Source of the DNA: the human T2T-CHM13v2.0 reference genome, Homo sapiens
Length of the DNA stretch: 64,000 bases
Reading direction: 5' to 3' (one strand)
Assembly: GCF_009914755.1 (NCBI RefSeq)
Contig: NC_060930.1
Below the pieces are notes generated by a model. It saw nothing but the letters and a program-made list of their open reading frames with translations. It was not told the DNA's origin and did no database searches. Position numbers and translations under genes: made by a program. Positions 44,400 through 62,759 of the stretch are shown piece after piece (position 1 is the first letter of the stretch; every line of letters begins with the position of its first letter).

Positions 44400-44810
44400 T
44401 TAACAGGTGTTTTTTAAAAATACCCATGCTCAGCCCCAACACAGACCAATTAAATACAAATCTCAGTGGGTGGGGCCTGAACAACTGTGCTTTTTTAAAG
44501 TTCCCTAGGTGATCGTAATGTGCAGGTGGAGTTGAGAACCACTAATGAATGAGAATACAGCAGGAGGAAGGAAGTAAACTAACATTTACTGAGCCCCTAC
44601 TGAATGCTCAATAGCTTAAGTGCATCATTAAGTTATTTCATTCAATTCTCACAAAAATCCTGTGAGGTATTACCCATTGTACAAATGAGGAAACTAAAAA
44701 TCAGAGAGGTTAAGTAACTTGCCCAAGATCACACAGCAAGGCAGAGCTGGGACCTAAACCCAGGTATATCTAACTCCAAAGCCCATTATATTTTTACTGC
44801 ATCTAACTGT
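44400..44810. mobile_element. MER5-type element (about 44405-44543) then MIR (about 44575-44810)
   Basis: GTTGAGAACCACT end; GAGGTTAAGTAACTTGCCCAAGATCACACAGC core. Confidence 0.8.
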
Positions 44811-46869
44811 GAGGAGTCATCAAGCATTATGAAAATCAAATAAAGATGAGGTTTACTTCACAAGCATTTGTACAAGTCCCAGTATGTGTCAAGCAATGGA
44901 AAGGACATCAGATTGAATAAGACTGGGTTCCTTTCCCACTCCCTAAATTCAATAACAATCTTACAATGCATAACCCCTGTTCCAAAAGAGTTCCTGCATT
45001 CTCCTCTCCTGCTCTTATTCTTGATGAATACCTCCTGCCTTCAGACAAAAGGAACATGTCTCTTAATGGCTTTCTTGCAAAATATTCCAGGTAAACACCC
45101 AGGTTTGAGAAAATTCTCCTTTAAGGAAGGGACTTACTTCCTTTCTCTCACTACACTTGCCCTCCTCCTTCAACAACCTCACAGCATCCCTCTAGCAGGA
45201 TTTTAGATAAGGCCCAGCCCAGAAGGAGCAGACATCCTATATGCAGTTTCCCTCCCCACCCCACCCCACCCCCAGCATAGGCTCCAAGGAAAACACCCAT
45301 TAAGGAAGATGACAAGGCTGCTTTTAAAATGGCACTTGCAGCTTCAATAGAGGGGAATACCCTAGAGATTGATTCTGCCTAAGAAGACAATGGAGTTCCC
45401 CTGGAAACAGGACACGGAGGGGAACTCCAAGCCCACCCCCAATAACTCCTAGAGCAGGAAAGGGGGCACATGAGCTAGGCTGGACAGTGACAGATTACTA
45501 AGACTCAGAGGTAGTTAAGACGTGCAGATCACAAACAACCGCAAAATCCACAATCTGGGGACTTACTGAAGATGTTTTATAGCCTTCATTACTTGGACGA
45601 ATAACAAAGGGGAAAAATGCTAAAACTTGGATTTTAAAATCTGAGAAGCCACCAGGTCCTGTCAGGCCCAATTTATACCCCATTAATGATGGCAGGAACA
45701 CAACTGAAGAGACGTTGAAAAAAAAATCAATTTGGCTGCTGTATTTCATTCTACATAGACTTATAGAGTTTTCAAGCCAGAAGGGACTTGGAGAGATGAG
45801 ATATTAGCACCCGAGCACTGGGAACCACAGGATGGCATGCAATCTAACTGCTGTGCAGCAAATCCTGCTTAGGGAAGGAGCAGGGGGGTTAACCCCTCAC
45901 CACCCGTAATACAGAGCGCAGCCAGCCCTGTTCATTCTGCCAGCTCCCTGGGCATGCCTGTCCCTGCTTCCAAGCCTTTCTGAGCTCCTCTGTCCACACT
46001 TTGGGCTCTGAGGATACTGGGAGTGGGGGATCCTCACGTTGCTCACAGACCACCAAACACTGGTAAGCACAGGAATTCTGATAAACAAAGGCTGAAGGAT
46101 GCCCAAGCAATCTGCATGCAGGATGTGATGCAGAGAGCCCTAGAGAATTGTTAGGGAAGGTGCGCAAGTGTGCACTGGGGAGGCTGAGGGATGAAAACTG
46201 GGCAGGAGGCTGAGTGACAGGGGAGGTGACAGGGGACCTCCCTGGGCCCCAGGGCTGGGACGGTCTCCTACTGGGCAGAAGGAAAGAAAAAGTACAAATG
46301 AGAAGGAAGCCTGGAAATGAGGGAATTTGCCTTCTGAAAGACTCTCTCCCTGGCAACAAAACTCAGTGGAAAGAGCTTCTGACATGCCCCAAAAGATGGT
46401 CCCAAGGGCTCCTAAAACCTCTATGACTAAGCTGCATGAATATCAATTAAGCAGTGTTAATTACATACCATCAGTTCCAGTGAGACCCTCAAAGTGGGGG
46501 CAGACTTGAAACTTCTTTGGGGACTAAATTAGGCGACTCTCTGGGACTCTGCTACACGTGACAGCTGGGATGTATGGGGCAGGTAGACAGCAGTGTCGCC
46601 AAACTGCCCTCAGAGGGAAGCCCAGAGCAGGGCTGAGGTTGAGAACCCAGGTTGGGCAAGCAAGGTCTTCCTGCCCCACATCCAACTATTGGGCCAGGAG
46701 GGGACAGCCTCTGTCAAGACACGGGTGCCCAGCCTGTAGGGGGCTCTTGGGGCTGGCGGTTGGGCCTGGGCTGATACGGAGGCTGGAGAGTCTCGGGCTG
46801 CTGCCTGCTGCCCGCCCCAGCTCCAGTCTTCATCCTACAGGAGATTGCTTCCCTTTGAATAGCATCACT

Positions 46870-47260
46870 ATCATTCCCTCACCCTGTGGCTTCCAGTGGG
46901 GTTTGGCCAGTGGGAGACACTGGTAGATGGGAGACAGGAAGAGACAGAGGTTGGGGTATTTCTTCCCACTCCTGCCCAGCCTCAGCTCCATGGTTCTGGG
47001 AGAGGCTGCTTCCCTCCAGGACCACAGACCCCACCAGGCATGCCCTCCACCTCCCACTCAGAGAGCAGCAGTGCCTTCTCCCATCGCCACGGCAAGCCTG
47101 GGTGGTCACAGCTCCCTGCTGTTGCAAGCCCCCAGGTGATGCTCTATCCCTTGTGGATTTCCCCAAGCTCATCCATACCTTTGAGAGAAATCTCTTCATT
47201 AAAATCTCTCCAGTTAAACCCTCTGAGTTTCTCTTTCCTGCTGGGACCCTCACTGATAAA
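46870..47260 (+). mobile_element. ERVL LTR (LTR33-like)
   Basis: GGGGTTTGGCCAGTGGGAGACACTGG ... CTTCATTAAA ... TTCCTGCTGGGACCCT. Confidence 0.65.
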
Positions 47261-47809
47261 ATTTATCTCTCACAAACATGTTTACACACATACAATTTCC
47301 AACTCAATTGAACGTAAACCAAGACAGCCCCTGCCTCCACCCTATTCTGCTCAGACTCCAGTGTATAACATTCATGTCACCAAGAAAGTGCATGACTCCC
47401 GATCATGCAGCAAAGATACCAATGTCCTGTGCCAGCCCTTTGGGACGTGGGATCTCAGCACTGCTGTCCCACTTAAGGGCTTCATTGGGGGCTCTCAGGG
47501 GCCATGGCCCCCCAACACCAGCCTCCTCCACATTGTAGAAAGTGGCCATCCTGGCCCCATCCACATAGGTGCCAGAGTGAGGACTGGGGGATGGAAAATT
47601 CCTAAATAAGAGTCAGGGTTTGAGGCTCCTAACCTGGGCTTTATGTGGGTTTGTGACATCCTGAAATTGAATGCAAATGTCTGTCTACACATGCCTGCAT
47701 TTTCTGGGGAGAACAGCCAAGGTTTATATCAGTTTCTCAGAGGGAAGCACGTCTTCAAAAAGCTTTAAGAATCACTGGCCCTAGCTTTGAAGACAGGTCT
47801 CAAGGTTTC

Positions 47810-48070
47810 CCACATAAAGCAGTAAAGTGAAGTCGTTAATAGTGCAGAGTCTACGGCCAGGCCTCTGGGTTCAAATTTTGGCTCTGCTACTCCCTGGTTA
47901 TGTGACCTTGGGCAAATGCCTTTACCTCTCTGTGCCTCAGTTTCCTCCTCTGTAAAATGGGAATGGCAATTTATCTACATGTTATGGGATTGTTGGAGGC
48001 CTAAATGATTTGATTTACATAATATACTTAGAAGAGAGCCTGGGACATAAAACGTGCTCTGTACGTAAGT
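47810..48070. mobile_element. MIR
   Basis: TGTGACCTTGGGCAAAT ... GCCTCAGTTTCCTCCTCTGTAAAATGGG. Confidence 0.85.
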
Positions 48071-48588
48071 GATCCCACACTCTGGTTCTTTCTACATCCC
48101 TAACTCTGGTTCAGCCATCCAGGAACTGTGTTCATCTCCCAAGCCTTTAAACTCAGCTTTATCTCTAAGATGCTCCCAGTCCTACCACTAACATTTCCTC
48201 TTCAGCTCCCACTCCTTTCTGCTCATCTTCCACACCTGAGAGGGTTTTCGTCCTCCATCTAAAGGGGTCTCCCGAAAGCCCTAGCTCTCAGTGGTTGCTC
48301 TCTAGATATCTTCTGTATGCGGGGTGAGACTGGAGGCAAATGCAGGGCTGGCCCTTTGCTCGAACAAACCGACTTCTCCATCAGGATCCAGGCCCTACTC
48401 TCCCTACGGGCTACCCACAACACCAGGGTCCTTAGTACCCCAGGCCTCAGTTGAAAAAAGGCCGCAGAAAACCTAAGGTTTTCTTAGAGACCTGGGGCCT
48501 AGAGAAGAAACTCACTGTGGCCACCAGCAGGGAAGGAAACAAAAGGCAGGAGGAGCCCTTGGGCATGGAAGCCACGTAGTGAAAGTAA

Positions 48589-49089
<501 letters not shown>

Positions 49090-49796
49090 TGAGTCAACTC
49101 CCCACAAATGCCCATGGCTGCAGAACATTGGGGCCCAGGGCCAGGGAGGGCCCAGGACCCTCCCAGGCCTGCCTTGTGTTGCTTACGATCTGCCTGAGAC
49201 ACCCCCTGAGAGGGTGTACCTCCCTGTTGCTTAAACAGAGTAAATCATTCCTTCCTCCAGATGGAGGACAGAAGGGACATGCAGGGAGTGTCTGTTGCAG
49301 AGCTGGTCTCCAATACTGATAGTAACCCTCACAGAGCCCTACTGCGTGCCACGCACTAAGTGTTATCCATAAGGTCATTCATTTAAGCTTCATAACAACC
49401 TTCCGAAGCAGAACTATTATCCCCACTTTACAGATAAGTAAATTAAGATAAGGCTCAGAGAGATTGAGAGACTTGCCCAAGGTCACACAGCTAGCAGGCG
49501 ATAGGAACGGGATTCAAACCCAGGCTGGCTGGCTCCAAATCAATAAGGAGTTGATATAGTCACTATTCAGTAAGAGGCTTATGCTGTGAATGGAGGCTGG
49601 GACTAGGTCTGACAGTTTTCAGCCCTGTAGTTTCTCTACTCCCTAGCGCAGTCTCTGAACTTCTGGGATTACTGTGCCTGCTCCCTTGTTAACACTCCCT
49701 GTGGGTCTGGGTGGACCCACAGATCAGGTCATAATGTGAGTGTCCCTGACCTAACACCCTGCCCAACCTCTATCCCTCCCCTTGCAGCCCCTACGC

Positions 49797-49881
49797 AGAG
49801 AGAGAGAGAGGAGAGAGAGAGAGGAAGGGAGAGACAGAGAGAGAGAGAGATTGAGAGAGAGAGAGGAGGAGGAGAGAAAGA
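49797..49881. repeat. (GA)n-rich simple repeat
   Basis: Direct reading. Confidence 0.95.
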
Positions 49882-49888
49882 GTCCTCA

Positions 49889-50254
<366 letters not shown>

Positions 50255-52392
50255 TTAGAGCTGGAAGAAACCAAATCCTCTCAATTAACACATGAGAAAA
50301 CAAAGGCAGAGAAGGTGGGAGGGGGGCTGTTCTGACCACGGTCACACAGCTCATTAGGAAATGGATGCTGACGGGTACCCCAGCCAGTGGGGCTCCCAGC
50401 GCTGAGTGGAGCCCTGGTTCACCCAGAAGCCTGTGGACATCCCTGCTCAGGTTTCTCCCTTCCACCCGATCCTCCTCCTCCTCCTTCTGCTTGGTATCCT
50501 GACTTCTCAACTTTGAAACACTTCCATACATCCACGATCTCATTTAACCCCCTCCAATGACCCCGTGACAATGAAATTATTATCATCTCCACTTTACCGA
50601 TGAAAGAACGGAGCTCTTGGAGGCCAGAGAAGCCCTCCCAGAGGCAACCCATGGTGGGCGAGGAAGGGCCGGGACTCTCAGGAGTGAGAAAGGCAGAGCA
50701 TCCCTGGTGCTCACCACAGCCCCTACCTCAGGCATGCGTGGGTGGCTCTCTGCAAGCCTGAACAATCTTCATGGCCCTGGATTTAGGCAGCTCTTGCCTT
50801 TTTACAAATTACAGCTGGATTGAGCTTCGGAGCCATCCCCCAGCTGCAAAGCCCCCAGGGGCTGTGCCGGTGGGATAGGAGGCTGGAGCTGACAGACTGC
50901 TGTCTACCTCACAAGCTGCTCACCCTTCCCCAGCCGTAGATCCCTCAATACTTTTCATATATTATTGATGGCTCCTTAATTGGGGATTCTAAAAGCCTCG
51001 CTGCAGAGCCCAGCCCTGGCCCCTCATGAATCATGTTCACTAGGATTAAAATTAGAGGCCAGAAAGCTACCTGACTCAAATAGAAACGGAAAAAGGGAAT
51101 GTGCTTTCCAAGGCTGGCCCTGGGAATAGGAGCCAGGTGGGGGCGCCCAGTGGCTGGGAAGAGTGGCCTGAGATCTGGGGACAGGAAAGGAGGGCCTGGG
51201 GAGGCGGAGGAGCACGGAGGATCTGGCCATGCCAGGCCTGCACCATCTTGGGTCTGGAAAGTTCTCTCTGGTTCTGTCACTGAAGGAGTCCAGAATTCTG
51301 TGGCCACCCCTCCTCGTTGCAGTGAGGAAAACCAGGCCCAGAGAGAGATGGGGCTTGCCTAAAATTACAGGGAGTGAGCCATGACCTTGGCACCTTTCGT
51401 TTCGTAGGCCTGGTGACCTCCCAAATGGCTGCCTGTTTTGTTAAGGCTTCCAGGTAAGGCAGGGCAGAGGTGGAGACAGGGGCCCTGAGTTAGGGAAGCC
51501 CAGGCTCTAAAGGCCTCCCTGTTCTCAAGCCTGGTCAGAGAAGCCTCCCTATCTCGCCCAGAGACCAGGGTCAGGGTATGAAACTTTACCAAGCTTAGAA
51601 TGAAAGACTTCCTGCCAAAAAGCTTAGTTCCTAATTAGCCATTGTTTCAGATAATCTGTTCAATCATCCCAGCTCCTCGGGGAACGGGGAACGACCCTTT
51701 ACCAATGAGCCTGGCTGCCAAGCTGCCAACAAAACACTCTCCACCACCTTGTCCCCACCCCCAGCCTTCTAGCCCCGGGTCTGACTGTAGAGGGTGGGGG
51801 GCCTGAGCAGTCCCCACCCTAAAGGAAGCCAAGCATCATGGAGGGGGCCCTGGGACTTGTCCCCCAGCTCACTCCAAAACATCGATAGCTCCTGCCAAAT
51901 GGCATCACGATGTCTGAAATGATACTGTCAATGGTTCCTTCCTCCAGATAAAGCATTGGTTTCTTACTTAGGGCTTCTTATAAGAAGAGCCATTATTGAG
52001 CTTTTTCTGCAGGCCAGGCACTTTACACGAATTAGCTTATTTACTCCTCACAGTAGGCTTGTGAGCCTAAGTGCTTGGCCAAGATCCCCCACCTGGGCAG
52101 GTGGTGGGCCCATTTTTAAACTTGACTTTGGAGTGCACACTTTCAACAGCTCAGCCACAACTGTAGAGTGCACCTGGACACTAACACTGAAAAGCAAATA
52201 GATCTATCAGCCACCAGGGGACCTGGCCTAGAACTCAGGGTTTATTAGAAAAGCCAACTCCTTTCTTCAAATGAAATCTCAGGCTCATGTCTAATGTATT
52301 ACACAGAAATAATGAACACCTCTGCTTGAAGGAGGAAAGGGAGGCAGGGGCTACACACATATTCACGGTGGATCCTGGAGCTGCCACCCTCA

Positions 52393-52737
<345 letters not shown>

Positions 52738-53847
52738 TCAGTGGCCTGGGCAGAGGAGAAGACCAGGGACTCCGACTCGGAAAACCACATTCACATCCCA
52801 GCTCTGCCACTTCCTAGCTGTGTTGCTGGGCAAAGCCAGGATCCCTCTGAGCTCTGCTTCCTCATCTGGGTGTGGTGAGGGCCAAGGGAGATAATGGGGT
52901 GCTGCTGATGTGGAGACTGTACAGGGTAGAAGGCATATCAGTCACCCTCTTATTTAAGGAGGGGAAGGAAAGGGATAGAGCCTCTTTACAGCTTGCCTGA
53001 TGGTACTGTTTAATAATAAAAAGAATATTTACAGGTCCTGAGCACAGGCAGGCACTGCTAAGTGATTCTGCCATGTGGTCCCTACCACAGTCCACTAAGC
53101 AGGCATTGGGAACCCATTTTATTGATGAAAAAAACTAAGGCTCAGAGAGAGGTTAAGGAAAGTGGCAAAGTCAGGATTCAAAGGGACATCCCAGACAGCA
53201 CCTCACTGTGTCAAAGCAGGTTTTAAAGCCCTGACCCTAAGACTGTGAGTAGGTGGCCATAGACCCATCTAGTCCCTAAAGTAAAGCTTTGGTCCTGGAC
53301 TGCCTAACCCTGATCACGGGGAGTCAGAGCCCTGAAAATTCAGCTGCATGACAAGAGCAAAGGCCACTAAAGGCTTTCCAAGTGACCTAAGGCTCAGGAG
53401 GGACCTCTCTTTGCAGAGGCAGACTTCTCTGCAAAAAGGAGAGAGTCCAGAAAGCCTACCCCAAGCTTGCCTTGGAGTCCACCTCTTAGAGAGGCCTGCC
53501 TTCCGCTTTGTGCCTTAGCAATGCTGATGGTCCACTCATTCCTTTGTATCTTTAGATAATGGTCTATGTGGAATGACCAAGGCCAGGTCACCAGGGATCC
53601 TAAATTGGGCTCAAGGCCAGGCAGGCAGAGGGTTATTTCTTTTCAGATTTAAACTCTTGGCATTGAACGAACTGGATCCCCTGTGTTCATGCCCACCACA
53701 GTCTTATTCCAAAACCTCCACAAGACTGCAAATTATCTTCCTGCTTCTGCCCTTTCCCCTGCAGTCCACTCTGCACACAGTGGCCAGGGCTGTCTTTCTG
53801 AAACATAAACCAGGTTGCATCACTCCCCTGCTTAAAACCCTTAAATA

Positions 53848-54146
<299 letters not shown>

Positions 54147-54689
54147 ACCCTCAAGTAGCTTAGCATCACACTTAGATCAGTATCAGAACTCTTTATATGG
54201 CCTCTGAAGCCCTACAGGATCTGAACCTGATGACCTCTGTGACCGTATTGTCCACTTTCTTAATTGTTCACACCACTCAAACTACACCAGCCTTCTTTTT
54301 GTCCTTGAAATACAGTAAGCTTGTTCCCACCTCAGGGCCTTTGCACTTGCTGTTCCCTCCACCTGCAACACCCTGCCCCCCAGAATGATGCATGGCACCA
54401 CTCAAGACTCAGCTCCAGTGCCACCAAGTTTGGCTTGGTTCACAGGATCTCCAAGGGCGGCCTCTCCCACTGTGATGGAGTGCCCAGGTCAATGGTAGAT
54501 TGCGGTTAATATTTCCAGGCATTTTCATAAGCATTACCTTAGTTAGTCTACCCACAAAGGTCTCTTAGCCCCTTTTTATCGATTAGTAAGCTGAGACTTG
54601 AGAAGATAAATAACTCACCTAGGTCATACAGTTAGTAAATATCAGAGCTGGTATGAAAACCCAGAGTTTTGGACATCAAGTTCAGGCCT

Positions 54690-55360
54690 CATCTGACAAA
54701 TGCATTTGACTGTTATTCATGATGTCTTTAGGGACCAGATGGGAAAATATAGCACATAGGTGGCTGAACGGCCTACCCCAAAGGTCAATTAAAAAACTGA
54801 AGTCAATCTGGGAAAAGATCTCTAGTGGAGGAACGCAGTACTCCATCCCATTCAATTCCTTGTCACCTGTGTCGGTGAGGACTACAGCTGACCCAGGACC
54901 AAGAGGCATAACCAAGATGCTGAATGCAAGATCGTAATTCAACATGGTCTCCATAAACTGTAACAACGGACTGAATCCAACAAACGACACATGATGGCAA
55001 TAAATGTGAAATCACAGATTTAGGTTCAAAAACTCATTGCCAACTCTGAGGTAGGGAAATTGGCAAAGCTATTTGGACAGCAACTCATGGAGAAAGACAC
55101 AGAAGTCCCCAAACTCAGTACGAATTAAGTCAAAAACACCTGCCAAAAGATCAGTGGCATATTAGATAGTGTCGCTAGATGTGTAATCCTCAGAAGCAGA
55201 CACAGAATGCAGAGGCCAGCAGGGAGGAGCGTGATGATCTAAGGCAAGCCCCTGTGTGGAGGAAGCCAGCCCATGATGCTCTGGGCTGCAGAAGGGGATG
55301 GCGGGGACACATGCTGTCCAGGAGGGTGCTCAGGTTGGTAAAGGGACAGAAAACAGTGAT
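54690..55360 (+). mobile_element. L3/CR1 LINE reverse-transcriptase relic
   Basis: Residual peptide WLNGLPQR...WEKISSGGTQYS resembles CR1 RT WLNGRTQRV...WREVSSGVPQGS; later AAATGTGAA ... TTTAGGTTCAAAAA resembles KCKVLHLGSKN. Confidence 0.65.
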
Positions 55361-55483
55361 ATGAAAAGCTTCAGTTTCCTCCTCTGTCAAATGGGGCCAA
55401 TAATAATAATAATACCTCCTTCATAGGATTGTTGTGAGGATTCATTGAGTTAATGCAGGTAAAGTACTTAGAACAGTGTCTAT

Positions 55484-55824
<341 letters not shown>

Positions 55825-55943
55825 TTATCATTACTGTGATTGGTGTCATCTCCCTGGGTTGAAAGTGAGCTCCTCTGGTTGTAGGCAGTGTCTGGTCCCC
55901 CTTTGCACCCCCAGCATTCATCCCCCAGCACATAGTAGGTGCC

Positions 55944-56262
55944 TGCTGTAGTCTGAATGTTTGTGTCCCTCTGAAATTCACGTTGAAATTCTTATTTCAT
56001 TGTGATGCTATTCAGAGGTGAGGCTTTGGGGAGGTGATTAGGTCAGGAGGGCAGAGCCCTCATGAATGGGCTTAGAGTGTGTTCATCCCTCCCACCATGT
56101 GAGGACACAGCAAGATGGAACTGGCCCTCACCAGACATTGAATTTGCTGGTGCCTTGATATTGGACTTCCTGGCCTCCAGAACTGTGTAAATAAATTTCT
56201 GTTGGTTATAAGCTACCCAGTTTATGGTATTTTTGTTATAGCAACCTGAACAGACTAAGACA
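55944..56262 (+). mobile_element. MaLR solo LTR (MLT1A-like)
   Basis: TG...CA ends with 5-bp TSD GTGCC; CCTCCAGAACTGTG..AATAAATTTCTGTT. Confidence 0.88.
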
Positions 56263-57296
56263 GTGCCCAACACATGCTCACAGAGGTTATGTGAAGACAC
56301 ATGTCAAGTTGCCCCGAGGAAGATCATTCAGAATATTTAGAGATGAACCATCAATTTCAGCTGCTGGTGAAAAGTTTAACAGGCTAATTCTCCTCAAAAA
56401 AGAGACTGAGTGCTTTGGCAGGGACATGTGGGTGTGGTGGCTGGGGCCAATGACTGCAGTGGTATGGGGCGATCTGCTGGACACCCTAAGATTCTGTGAT
56501 TCCCATTTCTTTTCCAAGAGGCCCTCAGCCAAGACAGCTGCCTGGTGAGGGAGGGGCAGGGATCTCCATACCCACTTTTCAAATGGGAAACCTAGAGGGG
56601 TTCCCTATCATGTCCCTCTTCCCAGTGGAAGCATTTCTGGGACTCTTCCCACCTGGCCATCCTGCCTTAGTTAGTCTACCCACGAAGGTCTCTTAGCCCC
56701 ATTTTATAGATTAGTAAGCTGAGACTTGAGAAGATAAATAACTCACCTAGGTCACACAGTCAGTAAATATCAGAGCTGGTCTGAAAACCCAGGGTTTTGG
56801 ACATCAAGTTCAGGCCTCATCTGACAAATGCATTTGACTGGACATGCAGAAGGCCCTGGCAGGACTTGATGCAAACAGTGCTTGATTTTCTGGGCTAAAA
56901 TTACATCTTGAGTCAATTTTCATGAAATGTGGTGACAGATTTAGGTGCTGGGAAGATGGAGCTTTCTCAGAAGGCATAAAAATGACCCAAATGGTTAAAA
57001 CCAGCTGAAAGCCGGCAGCCAGGGGCCACGAGAGCAGATTTCATCCCTCCCAGGATTGGCTCATCTGCAGCCTCATGCAAACCCCACGTACAGAGAAAGT
57101 GCTGTGCCTGCACTTGACTTCCCCTGACCACAGGATTATTATTTCTCGGACAAGATTCTGGTAACAGAGAGGTGATTTGTTCCTGAAGGGCAATGAACTA
57201 GATGGAGGAGTGGTGGGAACTGGTTCCTGTTTACTTGCAAGGGCAGTCTTCTATCCCAGAGGCGGTTCCATAGAGACAATCTGGATTTTTCTTTAA

Positions 57297-57591
<295 letters not shown>

Positions 57592-57641
57592 TCCCCAGTA
57601 TGTTTAGATGCATCTTCCTTTCTCCAGAAAAAGCTGTGTGA

Positions 57642-58066
<425 letters not shown>

Positions 58067-58204
58067 CTACGGACCCTTCTGCTCTGACATTCTCACTCTA
58101 CAACTCCAGCTGTCCTCAGCCTGACATCCATGAACTCCCTGTATTGACTCTTCCTGTATCTTGCCAGCCTCACATCCTGAACACCAGCCATGCTCCTCTG
58201 TCTG

Positions 58205-58575
58205 TGCTGGACAGCCCCCGTTGGCCCCTCTGCTTCTACACCCAGCCTTTCCCCACACTGCTCTGTGCCCAGGAAGAAAGACTGACCCAAGTTGACTGCC
58301 CCAATGGTCTGTTGGCCCTAGGTCTCCTACTGAGGTTCCACCAATGGGAGGCACCAGCAGGAGATAGGAGGACGGGAAGAGACTGAGGTTGCCTGAGTTG
58401 ACTCTGTCCCTCCAGTGGGGCTCCTGGTCCTGTTTGGAAGTCCCTTGGGGTTCTAGAAACCAGGACTCCCCTTCCTCCCAAGGCCTGGAGTAGTAATGGC
58501 TCCCTCCTATTGCTACCCTTGAGACTCACCATCTTTCATTGATTTCCTTGAACCCCATCCACCCCTTTATTACAT
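58205..58575 (+). mobile_element. ERVL LTR (LTR33-like)
   Basis: CTGCTCTGTGCCC ... CCAATGGGAGGCACCAGCAGGAGAT. Confidence 0.6.
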
Positions 58576-59630
58576 CCCTCAACAGTGCAGGATGCTACTG
58601 GGCCCCTGGGTTATGTCTTCGCACGTCACTGAAACCTGAAACCCAGCTCAACTCAGCTCCTCCACAGACTGAGGCCAGTCCTGCCCCCGTCTGTAGGATG
58701 AGGAGGTTGAGCCAGATGATCCTGAAAGTTCCTTCCAACCCATATCTCCTCTGTTCCACATCATGCACCCCAGGCAAATGGCTTGTGCTTGGGCTCAAAT
58801 TCCATTTAAAAAAATCCAAATGACCTGTCAAAATGCCTTAGTTGAATGTGGCCTTCTGGCTGCGACTTTCCCTCCCCTGAACTCCCATTTTCTTCCATCC
58901 ATACTTCCCTTCTCGTCGTTTCCCGTTAGGATTGTTCATCCACATGCATCTCCCCTCCCAGGCTGCAACTCTAGTTCCAATTCACACATTTGGTGATGCT
59001 CTGTTCTTTTGACCCATCTCCCTATTTTCCCCAGCGCCTGGCACTTCATAAATGCTTCCTGTTGCAAATATTAACTGAGATGGGAAGAGTGACCAGGAAG
59101 GCCCCAAACACTTTGGATGATGCTGTATAATGAATATTTACTAAGCACTGACCATGCACCAAGGCACTTTACTTCCGTCATCTCGTTTCACCCTCACCGC
59201 AGGCCTATAAGGTAGGATTTACCCTCAGACGCCAGATGTGGAAACTGAGGTGCAGAGAGGTTAAGTAACTTGCTCTAGGCCCCACCTCCAGAAAGGGCTG
59301 GAGCCAGGAGCAAGCACAGGTGTATTCCACACCAAGGCCACCTGTCTTCCCTCTACTCCACCCTGCGGCGGGTGTAGTAACAAGATGTGACTTGGACAAT
59401 CAGAAACCCTCAACCAAATGAAGACAACTCTCAATTACAGAATGTAATTAATGGCTCACCAAAGAGTGCCCTTCTGAAGAGCCCTTCCACACTTTCCTTC
59501 ATGAATCACGAGGACATGAACACATTCCTGGTTTTTATGAAGCACAGCCAAAAGGCCTCAAAAGTCATTAGTTCACTTAAGCAGGCTAAATGTTTCCCTA
59601 GCAATCTGGTTTATGCTTTAATTGGCATAG

Positions 59631-60041
<411 letters not shown>

Positions 60042-60781
60042 TGAACTTCCCACATGTTTCATGAATAAAATTCACCCCCTTCAACCTCTTGGTCCCACCA
60101 AGTCTGGGGACTGGGGGCAGAGGGAGACAGTTCCGGCCAGTCCACCAACGAAGAAGGGAAATTCATTAATAAAGCCTGGGTTACTGAAGTGTCACTCAGA
60201 CTTGATTTCAGACTTTATTAAGTCTTTATTAAGTCTGGGAAGGCCTCCTCACCCTCAGGCTCTTGTCATTGGTCATTTTGTGCACTGTCCCCCTCCCTTC
60301 CCCTTTCCTTGGACCCTGGGGACAAGCCTGCATCCTTCTGTTCTTCATAGCTGCCTCCTACCCCTCTCTTAGTGGAGACCCCAGGCGGAGTCTCTGTCAG
60401 GAGTCCACCAGCCTCCCTCCCAGGAGTCAGTGGAGATGGGCATGGGATGAGGCTGCCAAGGCCAACAGGGCCACAGCTTCAGGCAAATCCCCTCTCCCCC
60501 CATTCTGGTGCCTCTTCTGATCACCTGGAGCAAGCGCAATCTCCAGCCAGCTCAGGCAGCCATAAAGGCCCCTGCAAGCCAGCTTCAGCTCCGCCGCTCA
60601 GCAAGCACATCCCACCTCGCACCATGGAAGAAAACAACATTCCTCCCTCGACCCCTGACCTCCTGGACTTCAACCTTGTCCTTGCTCAGCCAGACCCTCT
60701 TCTCCAAGAGAGAGGAGGGATCGCTCCTTTTGTTGTTCAAACAGGAGCTAGTGGCTCCCAGGACCGGACCCCTCATCCTGA

Positions 60782-62040
<1,259 letters not shown>

Positions 62041-62712
62041 GAGTGAGGGTGTCTAGGAGACCCCATTCACTTCACAAATGTCCCTGCCATTCTTGGAGTG
62101 GGCCCATCAAGTCAGCCCTCTCTCCCTACTCCCTGTTACAAGGGACAAAAGGCACATGGAGTGGGGGTGGGGAGGGGACTGGAAATGAGATGAGGCTGGA
62201 AAAGGGCGTCATCCTGGGTTGGGGTGGATTTTGGAAGCCAGGGTGGGTTTTGGAGCCGGGACTTGATTCAATGCAGAAGGGAGTCAACAAAGTTTTCTGA
62301 GCAGGGAAATCACCTCACTGAAGCCACGCTCACCTTAGTCAGAAGCCACGGGAAGGAAGCTTGCTGTGGATGAGGCCTGGTGCTAGAAGCTGCACTCACG
62401 CCTCCAGCCAGCAGACAAGGTCTTAACGGGCACGGACTCCTTCTGCGTCTCCCTGGGACTGGGGCTCCCTGAGAACAGGGCTATGTCTCCTCTCAGACTG
62501 GGGCTGCCTGAGGGCAGGAACCATCCCCTCCATCTTCAGTCTGTTCATGCAACAACAGGGATGGGACTTCATGCTTTGCACACCTTACTAGCCTTCAGCG
62601 GGGCTTGGATGCTGCAGTTAGAAACATGTCAGGGAAATTGCTCCCGAATTAGAGACAGACAGGCAGACAGGAACAGGCTGGTGTTTCTGGTGTGGGAAGG
62701 AGCTGCACCTAC

Positions 62713-62759
62713 CTCCCGCCACTGCTTGTTCTCCATCCCTTGGGTATACATGACGCACA
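62713..62759 (-). CDS. CPNE5: CPNE5 exon 3 (47 nt): (L)CVMYTQGMENKQWRE
   Basis: Acceptor CCGCAG, donor GTAGGT; phase 1 in, phase 0 out, continues exon 2 frame. Confidence 0.95.

Noticed and set aside
46896-47609. Longest ORF (237 aa, plus strand)
   Set aside because: Starts in an LTR33-like relic at a non-ATG codon and has no recognisable motif.
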